Positions 53,027 to 63,000 of a stretch of 64,000 nt of DNA are shown in pieces. Positions within the stretch are counted from its first letter, which is position 1. Each line of letters opens with the position of its first letter. The position numbers and the translations under genes were made by a program. The notes below the pieces were generated by a model. It was given only the letters and a program-made list of their open reading frames with translations. It made no database searches and had not been told where the DNA came from. The stretch is taken from NCBI GenBank assembly GCA_030674475.1, contig JAUSCZ010000007.1, forward strand, positions 669 to 64,668, given 5' to 3'. Source of the DNA: Candidatus Omnitrophota bacterium (lineage in GTDB: Bacteria; Omnitrophota; Gorgyraeia; Gygaellales; UBA12090).

Positions 53027-53087
53027 CTTCCAGTTTCCAGTTTCCAGTTTCCAGCTTCCAGCTTCCAGCTTTCAGCTTCCAGCTTCT
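53027..53087. repeat. Tandem heptamer repeat (C/T)TTCCAG x ~8, with an upstream complementary GGAAG-rich arm
   Basis: Seen directly between htpX and trpB (cttccagtttccagtttccagtttccagcttccagcttccagctttcagcttccag). Confidence 0.8.
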
Positions 53088-53092
53088 ACTCT

Positions 53093-54277
53093 ATGTTACC
53101 TGACAAACACGGACATTTTAACGGATTTGGGGGCAGGTTTGTGCCTGAGGTATTGATTTCAGCTTTGGATGCCCTGGAGAAGGAATACCGCAGGGCAAAA
53201 AAAGACCGGGCCTTTAGAGAAAAACTAAATTATTATTTAAAGCGATACTGCGGCCGGCCAACCTCTTTATACCGGGCCGAAAATTTAACTAAGTATTTAG
53301 GCGGTAAGCTTACAATCTACCTTAAACGCGAAGATCTCCTGCATACCGGAGCCCATAAAATCAACAATACCATCGGCCAGGCCCTGCTGGCTTTGCGCAT
53401 GGGTAAGAGCCGCCTTATTGCTGAGACCGGAGCCGGCCAGCACGGCGTGGCCACGGCTACGGTGGCGGCGATGTTTGGCCTGGAGTGCGATATCTTTATG
53501 GGCGAGGAGGATATTCACCGGCAGGAGCTGAATGTCTTTCGGATGAAACTGCTTAGGGCCAGGGTAATTCCGGTTGAGAGCGGAAGCAAGACTCTTAAAG
53601 ACGCGATGAATGAGGCTATCCGGGATTGGGCGGCCAATATCCGGCATACCCATTATGTGATCGGCTCAGTAGCCGGGCCGCATCCTTACCCGATGATAGT
53701 CAGGGATTTTCAGGCCGTAATCGGACAAGAAGCCCGAAGACAAATTTTAGAAGCAGAAGGCCGTCTGCCGGATTATCTGGTTGCCTGCGTCGGCGGGGGA
53801 AGCAATGCCATGGGCCTGTTTCATTGTTTCTTTAAAGATAAGCCGGTGGAGTTTATCGGGGTGGAGGCCGCGGGACTGGGCTTAAATACCTCAAGCTATG
53901 CCGCTACTTTAAATAAGGGAAGAGTGGGGGTATTACACGGTTCAAAAAGTAAGGTCTTGCAGGATAAAGAGGGACAAATCGCCATTGCCCATTCCATTGC
54001 CGCCGGCCTTGACTATCCCGGGGTAGGCCCGGAACACAGTTATTACCAGAAAATTCACCGGGCCAGTTACGCGGCCGTTACTGATAACCAGGCCTTAGAA
54101 GGTCTTCAGCTAATGTCAGAAACCGAAGGGATTATCCCGGCCCTGGAAACAGCCCACGCCATATATTACCTTAAAGTATTAGCCGCAAAGATAAAGACTA
54201 AGAAAACAGCCATACTTTGTTTATCCGGAAGAGGCGATAAGGATATCGGAATAATCAGAGAACATCTTAAGTTATAA
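53093..54277 (+). CDS. trpB: Tryptophan synthase beta chain
   Basis: FGGRFVPE...[12 protein letters not shown] lysine motif; 394 aa. Confidence 0.85.
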   Translation: MLPDKHGHFNGFGGRFVPEVLISALDALEKEYRRAKKDRAFREKLNYYLKRYCGRPTSLYRAENLTKYLGGKLTIYLKREDLLHTGAHKINNTIGQALLALRMGKSRLIAETGAGQHGVATATVAAMFGLECDIFMGEEDIHRQELNVFRMKLLRARVIPVESGSKTLKDAMNEAIRDWAANIRHTHYVIGSVAGPHPYPMIVRDFQAVIGQEARRQILEAEGRLPDYLVACVGGGSNAMGLFHCFFKDKPVEFIGVEAAGLGLNTSSYAATLNKGRVGVLHGSKSKVLQDKEGQIAIAHSIAAGLDYPGVGPEHSYYQKIHRASYAAVTDNQALEGLQLMSETEGIIPALETAHAIYYLKVLAAKIKTKKTAILCLSGRGDKDIGIIREHLKL

Positions 54278-54278
54278 A

Positions 54279-55070
54279 ATGAATAGGATTGATCAGAAAT
54301 TTAAAGAGCTGAAAGCAAAAAACAAAAAGGCGCTGATTATCTATCTCACCTGCGGCTATCCGGACTTAAAGACCACCGAGAAATTAGTTCTGGAATTGGA
54401 AAGCCGCGGCGCGGATATTATTGAGTTGGGGGTGCCCTTTTCTGATCCTCTGGCCGACGGCCCGGTAATCCAGGAATCTTCATCTTACGCCCTCAAAAAA
54501 GGAATTAATCTTAAGCGGATATTTTCCTTAGTCAGGTCTTTGAGAAAAAATACCCAAATACCTATTTGTCTGATGGGTTATTATAATCCAGTATTATCTT
54601 TTGGGCCGGTGAAGTTTGTCCGGGAGGCCTTAAAATCGGGAGTTGACGGGATAATTATCCCTGACCTTCCCCCTGAAGAAGACCGGGAGTTGGTTTCTTT
54701 ATCTAAAGAACGCGGCCTGAAGACCATATTCTTTTTGTCTCCTACCAGCTCAAAGGAAAGGATGAGATATATCGCTGGAGTATCCAGCGGTTTTATTTAT
54801 TATGTTTCCTTGACCGGGGTTACCGGAGCAAGGCAAAGCCTGCCTTCGGATTTAAAAGAGAATATCCGGATTATTAAAAGCTGTACCGAAAAACCGGTCT
54901 GCGTTGGTTTTGGAATATCCCGGCCGGAACATATCGCCGAGGTTTTTAGGATTGCTGACGGCGCGATTGTGGGAAGCGCGTTGATTAAGCTGATTAAGGA
55001 TAATTTAGGCCAGTCGGATTTAATAAAAAAGGCCGGCAGGTTTATTCAGGGGTTAGTAAGCTCTGTATAA
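54279..55070 (+). CDS. trpA: Tryptophan synthase alpha chain
   Basis: 263 aa, ELGVPFSDPLADGPVIQ motif. Confidence 0.85.
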   Translation: MNRIDQKFKELKAKNKKALIIYLTCGYPDLKTTEKLVLELESRGADIIELGVPFSDPLADGPVIQESSSYALKKGINLKRIFSLVRSLRKNTQIPICLMGYYNPVLSFGPVKFVREALKSGVDGIIIPDLPPEEDRELVSLSKERGLKTIFFLSPTSSKERMRYIAGVSSGFIYYVSLTGVTGARQSLPSDLKENIRIIKSCTEKPVCVGFGISRPEHIAEVFRIADGAIVGSALIKLIKDNLGQSDLIKKAGRFIQGLVSSV

Positions 55071-55150
55071 TTGAGAGCAGAAAGAGTAACCGGCTTTCAG
55101 CTGTCAGCACACAGCTGAAAGCCGATAGCGGATAGCCGATAGCTGATAAA

Positions 55151-56416
55151 ATGTACGAAAAATCTAAATTAGATAACGGCCTAAGGCTGGTTACCTATAA
55201 GATGCCGCAAAGAAACTCCGCGGCCTTAGGGATTTGGATAGGCGCGGGCGGAAGGTATGAGGATGGGTCAAATAAGGGCATTGCCCATTTGTTGGAGCAT
55301 CTTTGTTTCAAGGGCACCGGGAAATATTCCGCCACTCAAATCAAGGAAAAAATAGAAGGCGTAGGCGGTTCGCTCAATGCCTTTACCTCCGAGGAATTTA
55401 CCTGTTACCTGACCAAGATTATCGCCAAGCATCTGCCTTTGGCATTGGATGTTCTTTCGGATATGGTTTTAGATCCGCTTTTGGCCCTCAAAGACCTGGA
55501 AAAAGAGAAATCGGTTATTTTAGAAGAAATTAAGATGTATCGCGACCTTCCCCAGGCATACGTAAATGAACTTCTGGATGAATTGCTCTGGCCGGGGCAC
55601 CCTTTGGGAATGAACCTTGCCGGGACACTAGAATCAGTAAGCGCGATGCGCCGGAATCAATTGACTGATTTTCACGGCAAACTGTATCATCCTAAAAATA
55701 TTGTCCTCTCGGTGGGAGGTGATATTGAACATAAGAAAGTGCTTGGGCTTATTACCAAAATATTTTCCAAGGCCAAGCCAAAACCGCCGGTAAATTTCAA
55801 AAAAGTAAGCTTAAGTCAGAACAATTCCCGGTCAAAATTCTTTTACAAGCAGACTGAACAAAGTCATTTGGCGATGGGGTATATTTCTTGTCCGCGCGAG
55901 CACCCGGATAAGCATGCCGTGGGGCTGTTACATATCATATTGGGGGCGAATATGTCCAGCCGCCTGTTTAACGAAGTGAGAGAGAAAAAAGGCCTGGCCT
56001 ATGAAATAGGCACCCAGCACCGGCATTTTTATGACACCGGGGCATTTTTTATCCACGCCGGTGTGGATAATCGTAAGGTATTTTCCGCGGTTTCCACCAT
56101 ACTTAAAGAGATGAATAAAATAGCTCAATACCCTGTTTCCCGGAACGAATTTACCCGGGCCAAGGAATATTATACCGGCCAGCTCCTGATGAGCCTGGAG
56201 GATACCCTTGACCATATGTTTTGGATGGGAGAGCAGGAAAGCGCCTTACGCCGGATAAAAAGCGCCCAGGATATTTTAGCTGAGATACATAAGGTAACTA
56301 TTGAGGATTTATTGAGAGTAGCCCGGGATATTTTTAAGAATAACAATTTAAGCCTTGCCCTGATTGGCCCGCAGTCTGAGGAAGAAAAGAACAAAATTTC
56401 TTCTTTATTAAAATAA
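55151..56416 (+). CDS. M16-family zinc peptidase (insulinase-like, HxxEH)
   Basis: GIAHLLEHLCFKGT is an inverted zincin motif; 421 aa. Confidence 0.75.
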   Translation: MYEKSKLDNGLRLVTYKMPQRNSAALGIWIGAGGRYEDGSNKGIAHLLEHLCFKGTGKYSATQIKEKIEGVGGSLNAFTSEEFTCYLTKIIAKHLPLALDVLSDMVLDPLLALKDLEKEKSVILEEIKMYRDLPQAYVNELLDELLWPGHPLGMNLAGTLESVSAMRRNQLTDFHGKLYHPKNIVLSVGGDIEHKKVLGLITKIFSKAKPKPPVNFKKVSLSQNNSRSKFFYKQTEQSHLAMGYISCPREHPDKHAVGLLHIILGANMSSRLFNEVREKKGLAYEIGTQHRHFYDTGAFFIHAGVDNRKVFSAVSTILKEMNKIAQYPVSRNEFTRAKEYYTGQLLMSLEDTLDHMFWMGEQESALRRIKSAQDILAEIHKVTIEDLLRVARDIFKNNNLSLALIGPQSEEEKNKISSLLK

Positions 56417-56444
56417 TTCTTATTACTACCGACCAAACTAAATA

Positions 56445-57431
56445 ATGCACATACTCTTTTCCATGCCTATGGTTATTATCCTGATCGCGCTGGCGGTCAT
56501 TTCTTTCTTTTTCTCCGCGGCTGAGGCTTCCCATATTTCCCTGAATAAGATTCGGGCCAGGCATTTAGCGGATAAAGGAGTAAAAGGCGCGAATTCGGTT
56601 TTGCGCCTTGTTACTAAGCTCGATCGGGTGGTAGCGGCCATATTAATCGGCAATAATTTTGTGAATGTGGCTATCTCCAGCTTAGTTACGGTTATGCTCG
56701 TGAGCGTATTCGGCCCTAATTGGGGAGCGGCGCTGTCTACCTTTTTAGTGACAATGTTTATCCTGGTTTTTTGTGAAATTACCCCCAAGACCATAGCTAT
56801 TCGCTATTCAGAGAAGACGGCTCTGTATACCGCCCCGTTCTTAGAAGTTTTTATCCGGGCCTTTGATTCTCTGATAAACTTTTTTATCGGGACCAGCAAT
56901 TTAATCTTAAGACTCTTCGGAGAAAAGCCGCAGGCGCGTTCTCCGCTTATCACCGAAGAGGAGCTCAGGTTAATGATTGAGATCGGAAAAGAAGAAGGGG
57001 TCTTATCGGATGAGGAAAGGAAGATGCTGCATAGGATATTTGAATTCGGGGATACCAAGGTGGGTTCGGTAATGGTGGCTAAGGAAAGAATCACTGCCAT
57101 TGATAAGAATTCTAATCCTGAACAACTTTTAGATATCCTGGTTGAAGAAGGCCATGCCCGGATTCCGGTATACGAGGGTTCGGTGGATACTATTGTGGGG
57201 ATAATTTACGCCCGGGACCTGCTGTATGTCTGGAAGAATAAAGGTTTAGTGGTTACGACGGATTTAATTCATCCGGCTTATTATGTTTCGGCCAATAAGC
57301 GGGTGAATGAGCTCCTGCGTGAATTCCAGCTGAAACATATCCAGATGGCCATAGTAAGGGATGATAATCAGAAGACCTTAGGCCTGGTTACCTTGGAGGA
57401 TTTAATTGAGGAGATTGTGGGTGAAATATAA
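56445..57431 (+). CDS. DUF21/CNNM + CBS-pair domain membrane protein (HlyC/CorC-family transporter, lacks CorC C-terminal domain)
   Basis: Four N-terminal TM helices followed by tandem CBS domains; 328 aa. Confidence 0.7.
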   Translation: MHILFSMPMVIILIALAVISFFFSAAEASHISLNKIRARHLADKGVKGANSVLRLVTKLDRVVAAILIGNNFVNVAISSLVTVMLVSVFGPNWGAALSTFLVTMFILVFCEITPKTIAIRYSEKTALYTAPFLEVFIRAFDSLINFFIGTSNLILRLFGEKPQARSPLITEEELRLMIEIGKEEGVLSDEERKMLHRIFEFGDTKVGSVMVAKERITAIDKNSNPEQLLDILVEEGHARIPVYEGSVDTIVGIIYARDLLYVWKNKGLVVTTDLIHPAYYVSANKRVNELLREFQLKHIQMAIVRDDNQKTLGLVTLEDLIEEIVGEI

Positions 57432-57528
57432 GAAACAATTGACAGATAAATGCGGTTATGTTACGATTATGAGTCGTTGGTTTTAGGGTTAATAATTTTA
57501 AGATTTTTAAATCGAGGAGGGGTTAAAA

Positions 57529-57678
57529 ATGGCCGAAAAAGGATATTGCATGAAGTGTAAGGCTTCTAAGGAAATTGCCGATGCCAAAGAAGTAACCATG
57601 AAGAATGGCCGCAAGGCAATGAAGGGAAAATGCGTGGATTGCTCAACCGGAATGTATAAGATTTTGGGTAAGAAATAG
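57529..57678 (+). CDS. 49-aa zinc-ribbon small protein (CxxC...CxxC)
   Basis: MAEKGYCMKCKASKEIADAKEVTMKNGRKAMKGKCVDCSTGMYKILGKK with strong RBS GAGGAGG. Below the ORF-track size cutoff. Confidence 0.5.
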   Translation: MAEKGYCMKCKASKEIADAKEVTMKNGRKAMKGKCVDCSTGMYKILGKK

Positions 57679-57966
57679 CGCGCTGTCAAACTAATAAAAA
57701 CTAATTTGACAAAGTAGTGGGTTGTTGCTGTAGTTCTATGCATTCAACCTATAGGGATCAACCTGTAGCGGTCAGCGTCCGCTGACCCTATAATATCCGT
57801 TGCCTTACGGCAACCGCTACAAATTACTTTATAAGGGTATCCGAAATTAAGGTAACAGAACAGTAGTAGTAAAAATCAGGAGAGAAAAATAGATTCATTA
57901 GAGAAGGCGTATATAGTTGCCCGGACCGCTTTAGACAATAAGGCCGAGGATTTAAAAATCCTGGAT

Positions 57967-58371
57967 ATGTCTAAATCAGATTCTACCGATGTCGCGGCGC
58001 TTGCGGGCCGGGATGAGGTCTGTAATTTTTGTGATTATTTTGTTATCCTTACGGCATCTTCCGGGGTTCGGGCCGGGGCAATAGCGGATAAAATCCGTCA
58101 GGCCCTGGAAGAAAGGCATGCCGTGGTAAAGGCTCAGGAAGGCCGGGAAGATTCCGGGTGGATACTTCTTGACCTTTACGATGTGATAGCGCATATATTT
58201 GTAGGCCAGGAAATCAGAGAATTCTATAATCTAGACCGGCTTTGGGGCTTTTGCCCGGCGGTGGAATTTCCCAAAAAAGATGTCAAGAGACTTACTCGAA
58301 GGGCTCCTGGCTCAACTGTTAGAAAAAGTACTGCGCGAAAGGCTAAGGCTTCCCAGCGAAGCCCTAGCTAA
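57967..58371 (+). CDS. rsfS: Ribosomal silencing factor RsfS (Iojap); the true N-terminus probably extends upstream to ~57889 via a non-canonical start
   Basis: ...CDYFVILTASSGVRAGAIADKI...GWILLDLYDVIAHIF...REFYNLDRLW matches RsfS. The upstream in-frame SLEKAYIVARTALDNKAEDLKILD also looks RsfS-like but has no ATG/GTG/TTG. Confidence 0.7.
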   Translation: MSKSDSTDVAALAGRDEVCNFCDYFVILTASSGVRAGAIADKIRQALEERHAVVKAQEGREDSGWILLDLYDVIAHIFVGQEIREFYNLDRLWGFCPAVEFPKKDVKRLTRRAPGSTVRKSTARKAKASQRSPS

Positions 58372-59968
58372 AATAAAGCCCTGCCTCTTAGAGGTTCCCA
58401 AAGAAGAAGCCTTCGGCGACATCTCTACTTCCGTGGCCTTAAAGCTGGCCTCTATTTTAAAGAGGGCGCCGCGGGAAATCGCCCAGGAATTAGCAGCCTG
58501 CCTTAACCAGGAAATACCCCGTTCCGATTTAAGTGATTTAATTGAGAAGATTGATATTGCCGGAGCCGGTTTTGTCAATTTTCATTTTTCCCGGGAATAT
58601 CTCTATTCGCTTTTAAAAGAAATAACCCGCCCCAAAGATTCTCCTTTATCATATCCTAAGAAACAGAAGAAAGTTCTGGTTGAGTTTGTCAGCGCTAATC
58701 CCACCGGTCCGCTTTCCGTGGCCCATGGCCGCCAGGCTGTGGTGGGGGATGCCCTCTCTAACATCTTAGAGTTTTTAGGCTATGATGTCACCAGAGAATA
58801 TTATCTCAACGACTGGGGAAACCAGATTAATATCCTGGGTAATTCTATTTATCTGCGCCTTAAGGAGCTTCAGGGCGAAAAGATTGAATTTCCTGAAGAT
58901 CATTATCAGGGGGAATACATTATTGATTTAGCCAGAGAATTATTGGGAGCGCCGGAGGCCGGAGTAGCGGCGCGATTTATCGCGCCAACAGCGCTGGAAG
59001 ATTGCCGGCAACACGGGGTAAAAAGGATTTTAGAGATAATCCGCGCGGAGCTTAAGGATTTTAGGGTCCGTTTTGACTCCTGGTTCAGCCAGGCCGAATT
59101 GGAGAAGTCCGGGGACATAGATACGGCAATCTCATTTTTAAAAGAAAAAGGCTTTATTTACCAGCAAGAAGGGGCAACTTGGTTTAGCTCGACTAAATTC
59201 GGGGATGATAAGGACCGGGTAGTGGTTAAATCTGACGGCTCCTACACCTATTTGGCCCCTGATATCGCGTATCATCAGGATAAGTTTAAGCGCGGATATG
59301 ATTGGCTGATTAATCTCTGGGGGCCGGATCACCACGGCTATATTCCCCGGCTCAAGGCGGCGGTTGAGGCCCTGGGCAGGCCCAGGTCGGCCTTAGATGT
59401 CATTATAGTCCAGTTGGCCACTCTGCATAAAGAAGGCCAGGTGGTGTCAATGTCCACCCGTAAAGGTGAATATATTACCTTAAGAGAGGTAATGGATGAG
59501 GTGGGGGTGGATGCCGCCAGATATTTTTTTGTGATGCGTAAAACCGACAGCCATCTGGACTTTGATTTGGAATTAGCCAAGAAGCAGAGTTCGGAAAATC
59601 CGGTTTATTATATTCAATACGCCCATGCCCGTATTTCTAATATCCTGGCTAACTCCGGCGTTCCCTTAGACCAGCTGCCGGAGGCGGATGCAACCCTGCT
59701 TAAAGAGAAAGAAGAGCTGGAATTGCTCAAAAGAATAGCTAAATTTGAGCATAATCTCAAGGTGGTCGAGCTTCAGCTTGACCCCTATTGCTTAACTGTC
59801 TACCTCCAGGAATTAGCCGAGAGTTTCCATCGTTTTTATGACGTTCACCGGGTTTTGGTGGATGATACCTGCCTGAAAAATTCCCGCCTTTATCTTATCC
59901 TAGGCTGTAAGAATATAATTTCCTTAGGGTTAAAACTATTGGGGGTCCAAGCTCCCGAGAAGATGTAA
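58280..59968 (+). CDS. argS: Arginine--tRNA ligase
   Basis: 562 aa with a class I HIGH-like motif (PTGPLSVAHGR) and a DALR anticodon-binding C-terminus. The start may be downstream of 58280, which overlaps rsfS by 92 nt. Confidence 0.8.
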   Translation: MSRDLLEGLLAQLLEKVLRERLRLPSEALAKIKPCLLEVPKEEAFGDISTSVALKLASILKRAPREIAQELAACLNQEIPRSDLSDLIEKIDIAGAGFVNFHFSREYLYSLLKEITRPKDSPLSYPKKQKKVLVEFVSANPTGPLSVAHGRQAVVGDALSNILEFLGYDVTREYYLNDWGNQINILGNSIYLRLKELQGEKIEFPEDHYQGEYIIDLARELLGAPEAGVAARFIAPTALEDCRQHGVKRILEIIRAELKDFRVRFDSWFSQAELEKSGDIDTAISFLKEKGFIYQQEGATWFSSTKFGDDKDRVVVKSDGSYTYLAPDIAYHQDKFKRGYDWLINLWGPDHHGYIPRLKAAVEALGRPRSALDVIIVQLATLHKEGQVVSMSTRKGEYITLREVMDEVGVDAARYFFVMRKTDSHLDFDLELAKKQSSENPVYYIQYAHARISNILANSGVPLDQLPEADATLLKEKEELELLKRIAKFEHNLKVVELQLDPYCLTVYLQELAESFHRFYDVHRVLVDDTCLKNSRLYLILGCKNIISLGLKLLGVQAPEKM

Positions 59969-60007
59969 GACACGGATGAACACGGATTAAGAAGACCAGA
60001 AAACATA

Positions 60008-61726
60008 ATGCAGAAAGTTTGGAAAATAAAAGAAGCGAATATACCTTTACAGAATAAATTGAGTCAGGAGTTAGGAATATCTTTATTTCTGGCCCAGCTT
60101 CTGATAAACCGCGGCATAAGCACAGCACAAAAGGCGGGTGAATTTCTTAAACCGGATGCCTCCTGCCTGGGTAATTTTACCGGCCTGACCGATATAGATA
60201 AAGCTAAGAGCCGGATACAAAAGGCCAAGGATAATAAAGAAAAGGTTTTGCTGTTTTCCGACTACGATGCTGACGGCCTCACCGCGCTGGCCATAGCAAA
60301 GAATGCTTTTAATAAGTTTGGCCTTAAGGCTGAATATTATATTCCTCACCGCCTAAAAGAGGGCTATGGTTTAGGCAAGGATTCGGTTCGTTATATCCGG
60401 GATAATCGTTTTGATTTGGTGGTTACCTTAGACTGCGGCATCAGCAATTTCCGGGAAATAGCAGAGTTGAAAAACCAGGGTATCGAGACGATAGTTATTG
60501 ATCATCATCATTTATCAGGAGATGAAATACCTTGCGCCTCGGCGGTGATTAACCCCAAGCGCCGGGATTCTTCGTATGCCCATCCGGATTTAGCCGGGGT
60601 AGGCCTAACGTATAAGTTTGCCAGGTATCTCCTGGATGAAAATCTGGAGGAAGAGCTGGATTTGGCGGCTATAGGAACAATAGCGGATATGGTTCCTTTG
60701 ACCGGAGAAAACCGGGTAATAGCCAGGGAAGGGTTAAAGAAGTTAAATAATACCCGGCGCCCCGGATTAAGGTCGTTGATTGATACAGCCGGAATAAAAA
60801 ATAAATTAATCAATGCTCAAACAGTAGGTTATATTTTAGCCCCCAGGATTAATGCCTGCGGCAGACTGGGTGAGGCCGAGTTAGCCTTTAGGCTTTTGAT
60901 TTCCAATTCAAATGATGAGGCGGACGCGTTAGCCAAAGAGCTCAATTTAAAGAATCGCCAGCGTCAGGGCATTGAAGGCAGGATTTTAGATGAGGCGCTA
61001 ATCCTGATGGATACTGAGATAGACCTTGCTCGGGAGAGGGTGATTGTTCTGCATCAGGATGGCTGGCATCAGGGGGTTTTAGGGATTGTGGCGGCTAAGA
61101 TTTCGGCAAAATTCCATCGGCCGGCAATAATTGTTTCTTTTAATGACGGCCTGGGTAAAGGTTCCGGCCGTTCCATTGATACCTTTCATCTTTTTGAGGG
61201 ATTAGCCGAATGTAGTCTCCACTTGGAGGGTTTTGGCGGGCATAAGAAGGCCTGCGGCTTAAGTGTCTTAAAGGAAAAAATCGGGGATTTCCGTGAGAGC
61301 ATCAATAGAATTGCCTGGAAGACCCTTAGGCCTGAGGATTTGCTACCCAGTTTATCCGTAGAGGCATGCCTGAATTTATCCGGATTAAATTTAGGGTTAT
61401 TAGAGGAGATTGATTCTTTAGAGCCTTTTGGCCAGGGTAATCCCAAGCCCATTTTTGCCAGTCTTAATCTTAAGGTCCAATCTAAGCCGGAAGTTTTAGG
61501 CCGGGGGACATTGAAATTCTGGGTGAGTGACGGCTCGCCTCGCGGCGAAGCCGAGGGCCGGAGCGTTTATCCTGCCGTAGGTTTTAGGATGGGAAATTAT
61601 TTTGATTTGGTTAATTCCGCGCGGAACTTAGATATCGCCTATCGTCTGTCTTTAGACACCTGGAATGGGAATAACCAGCTTCAACTGGAGATAGAAGACC
61701 TGCGCATCACGCCCCCGGCAAAATAG
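60008..61726 (+). CDS. recJ: Single-stranded-DNA-specific exonuclease RecJ
   Basis: DHH motifs (LFSDYDADGLT, VIDHHH) and a DHHA1 domain; 572 aa. Confidence 0.8.
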   Translation: MQKVWKIKEANIPLQNKLSQELGISLFLAQLLINRGISTAQKAGEFLKPDASCLGNFTGLTDIDKAKSRIQKAKDNKEKVLLFSDYDADGLTALAIAKNAFNKFGLKAEYYIPHRLKEGYGLGKDSVRYIRDNRFDLVVTLDCGISNFREIAELKNQGIETIVIDHHHLSGDEIPCASAVINPKRRDSSYAHPDLAGVGLTYKFARYLLDENLEEELDLAAIGTIADMVPLTGENRVIAREGLKKLNNTRRPGLRSLIDTAGIKNKLINAQTVGYILAPRINACGRLGEAELAFRLLISNSNDEADALAKELNLKNRQRQGIEGRILDEALILMDTEIDLARERVIVLHQDGWHQGVLGIVAAKISAKFHRPAIIVSFNDGLGKGSGRSIDTFHLFEGLAECSLHLEGFGGHKKACGLSVLKEKIGDFRESINRIAWKTLRPEDLLPSLSVEACLNLSGLNLGLLEEIDSLEPFGQGNPKPIFASLNLKVQSKPEVLGRGTLKFWVSDGSPRGEAEGRSVYPAVGFRMGNYFDLVNSARNLDIAYRLSLDTWNGNNQLQLEIEDLRITPPAK

Positions 61727-61816
61727 TTTATAGTTAATGGTGTATAGTTTATAGCTGTTATTTTAAAGCCATAAACCATAAGTTATCAACTATAAACTGA
61801 TTATTTTACTATTCGC

Positions 61817-62044
61817 TTAGGCCTTCGTGACCTTGCCGGCCTTAAGGCATCTGGTGCAGGAAAATACGGATTGAACTTTTCCCTCTATAATAGCGCGCAC
61901 CTTCTGCAGATTGGGTAGGATTATGCGGTTGTTCATCCGGGAGACCTTGCTTCCGGTCCCGCCCTTGGCCTTGTATTGGCCCTTGCGGGACATCGTCCTG
62001 CCGGCTATAGGTTTTTTACCGCAATAAAAACATATTTTACGCAT
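61817..62044 (-). CDS. rpmB: 50S ribosomal protein L28
   Basis: MRKICFYCGKKPIAGRTMSRKG...RIILPNLQKV follows the bL28 pattern with a Cys pair. Confidence 0.7.
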   Translation of the reverse strand: MRKICFYCGKKPIAGRTMSRKGQYKAKGGTGSKVSRMNNRIILPNLQKVRAIIEGKVQSVFSCTRCLKAGKVTKA

Positions 62045-62061
62045 ATAATTTCCTTTAGTTA

Positions 62062-62790
62062 TCAGCGATCATTCTTATCGTCATCACCAGGATCATCTTT
62101 TTCACGTTTTGTTTTTTTTAGTTCTGCTTTGCACTTTGAGTCACATTCGCTATTTTCTAATTCACCATCTTCGTCGTCATCCTCCTCCGCAACTTTTCTT
62201 ACTTGTTTTGTGATTTCCGCAGCAGATTGATTGTCTCTAATATCTCCGGAATATCCATCTGGGGTAATGCCATTGGCATAGGTTATATGCCAAGGTTGGT
62301 CATCATAGATAATCGCGCCGGTATTTTTAGTGGTTAATTCAGTAGTATTAGTAAATGTTTTTCCTGATCCCACGGATCCCGCGTCTAAAGCATAGGAACT
62401 AATACCTGTTGCTGAAGTTTTGTCCGCCGGACATCGGCGCACTTTGGGGTCGTTTCCGTAATATTTGCCTAAATCCGCGAACAGAGGTTTTATCCCTATC
62501 AGGTTATTGAAATATCCGGCTAAGCGATTTTCTTTGGGCTTTCCGATTACTTTTTCATGCGCCAAATAGATTTGTTTCGGAGTCAGCAAGCTGAGTGTGG
62601 CGGGAAGGGCGTTATTTTCAATGGTGTAAATTTCAATGGCGCCTTGGAGCACTTTAAGGTTTTGGCGGCAGATCTTGTCGTTATTGGCTTCAATAGTCTT
62701 TTGAAAGGTAACAATAGAAAGTGATACCACGACGCTTACGATAATCAGGGCGATCATAATTTCAACCAGAGTAAAAGCCTTTTTTTTCAT
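62062..62790 (-). CDS. Type IV pilin / T2SS pseudopilin-like protein (prepilin N-terminal methylation motif) with acidic Asp/Glu-rich C-terminal tail
   Basis: MKKKAFTLVEIMIALIIVSVVVSL matches the class III signal peptide / N-methylation site (G/A-FTLVE). The C-terminus is EEDDDEDGELENSECDSKCK...DDPGDDDKNDR. Confidence 0.65.
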   Translation of the reverse strand: MKKKAFTLVEIMIALIIVSVVVSLSIVTFQKTIEANNDKICRQNLKVLQGAIEIYTIENNALPATLSLLTPKQIYLAHEKVIGKPKENRLAGYFNNLIGIKPLFADLGKYYGNDPKVRRCPADKTSATGISSYALDAGSVGSGKTFTNTTELTTKNTGAIIYDDQPWHITYANGITPDGYSGDIRDNQSAAEITKQVRKVAEEDDDEDGELENSECDSKCKAELKKTKREKDDPGDDDKNDR

Positions 62791-63000
62791 CTTTATCCTT
62801 TCCCCCTAATCAGGTGCCTTTGATTGCTTTTTTTTGAGTCTGTTTTTCCTTATAATTACAGATAGCACAGCTCTTGTCAAGAAATATTCTTAGCTTTCCT
62901 TCCACACCAACAAATATACCATAAAAACAGTAAGTTTTCAAGGGTGGCCAAAAAGAAAATATTCTTGTAAGTTGGAAACATATATGTTAAATTTAATCTA

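Noticed and set aside
61976-62230. 84-aa + strand Ser-rich ORF overlapping rpmB and the pilin gene
   Set aside because: Low-complexity (SSSSSS) and antisense to two supported minus-strand genes.
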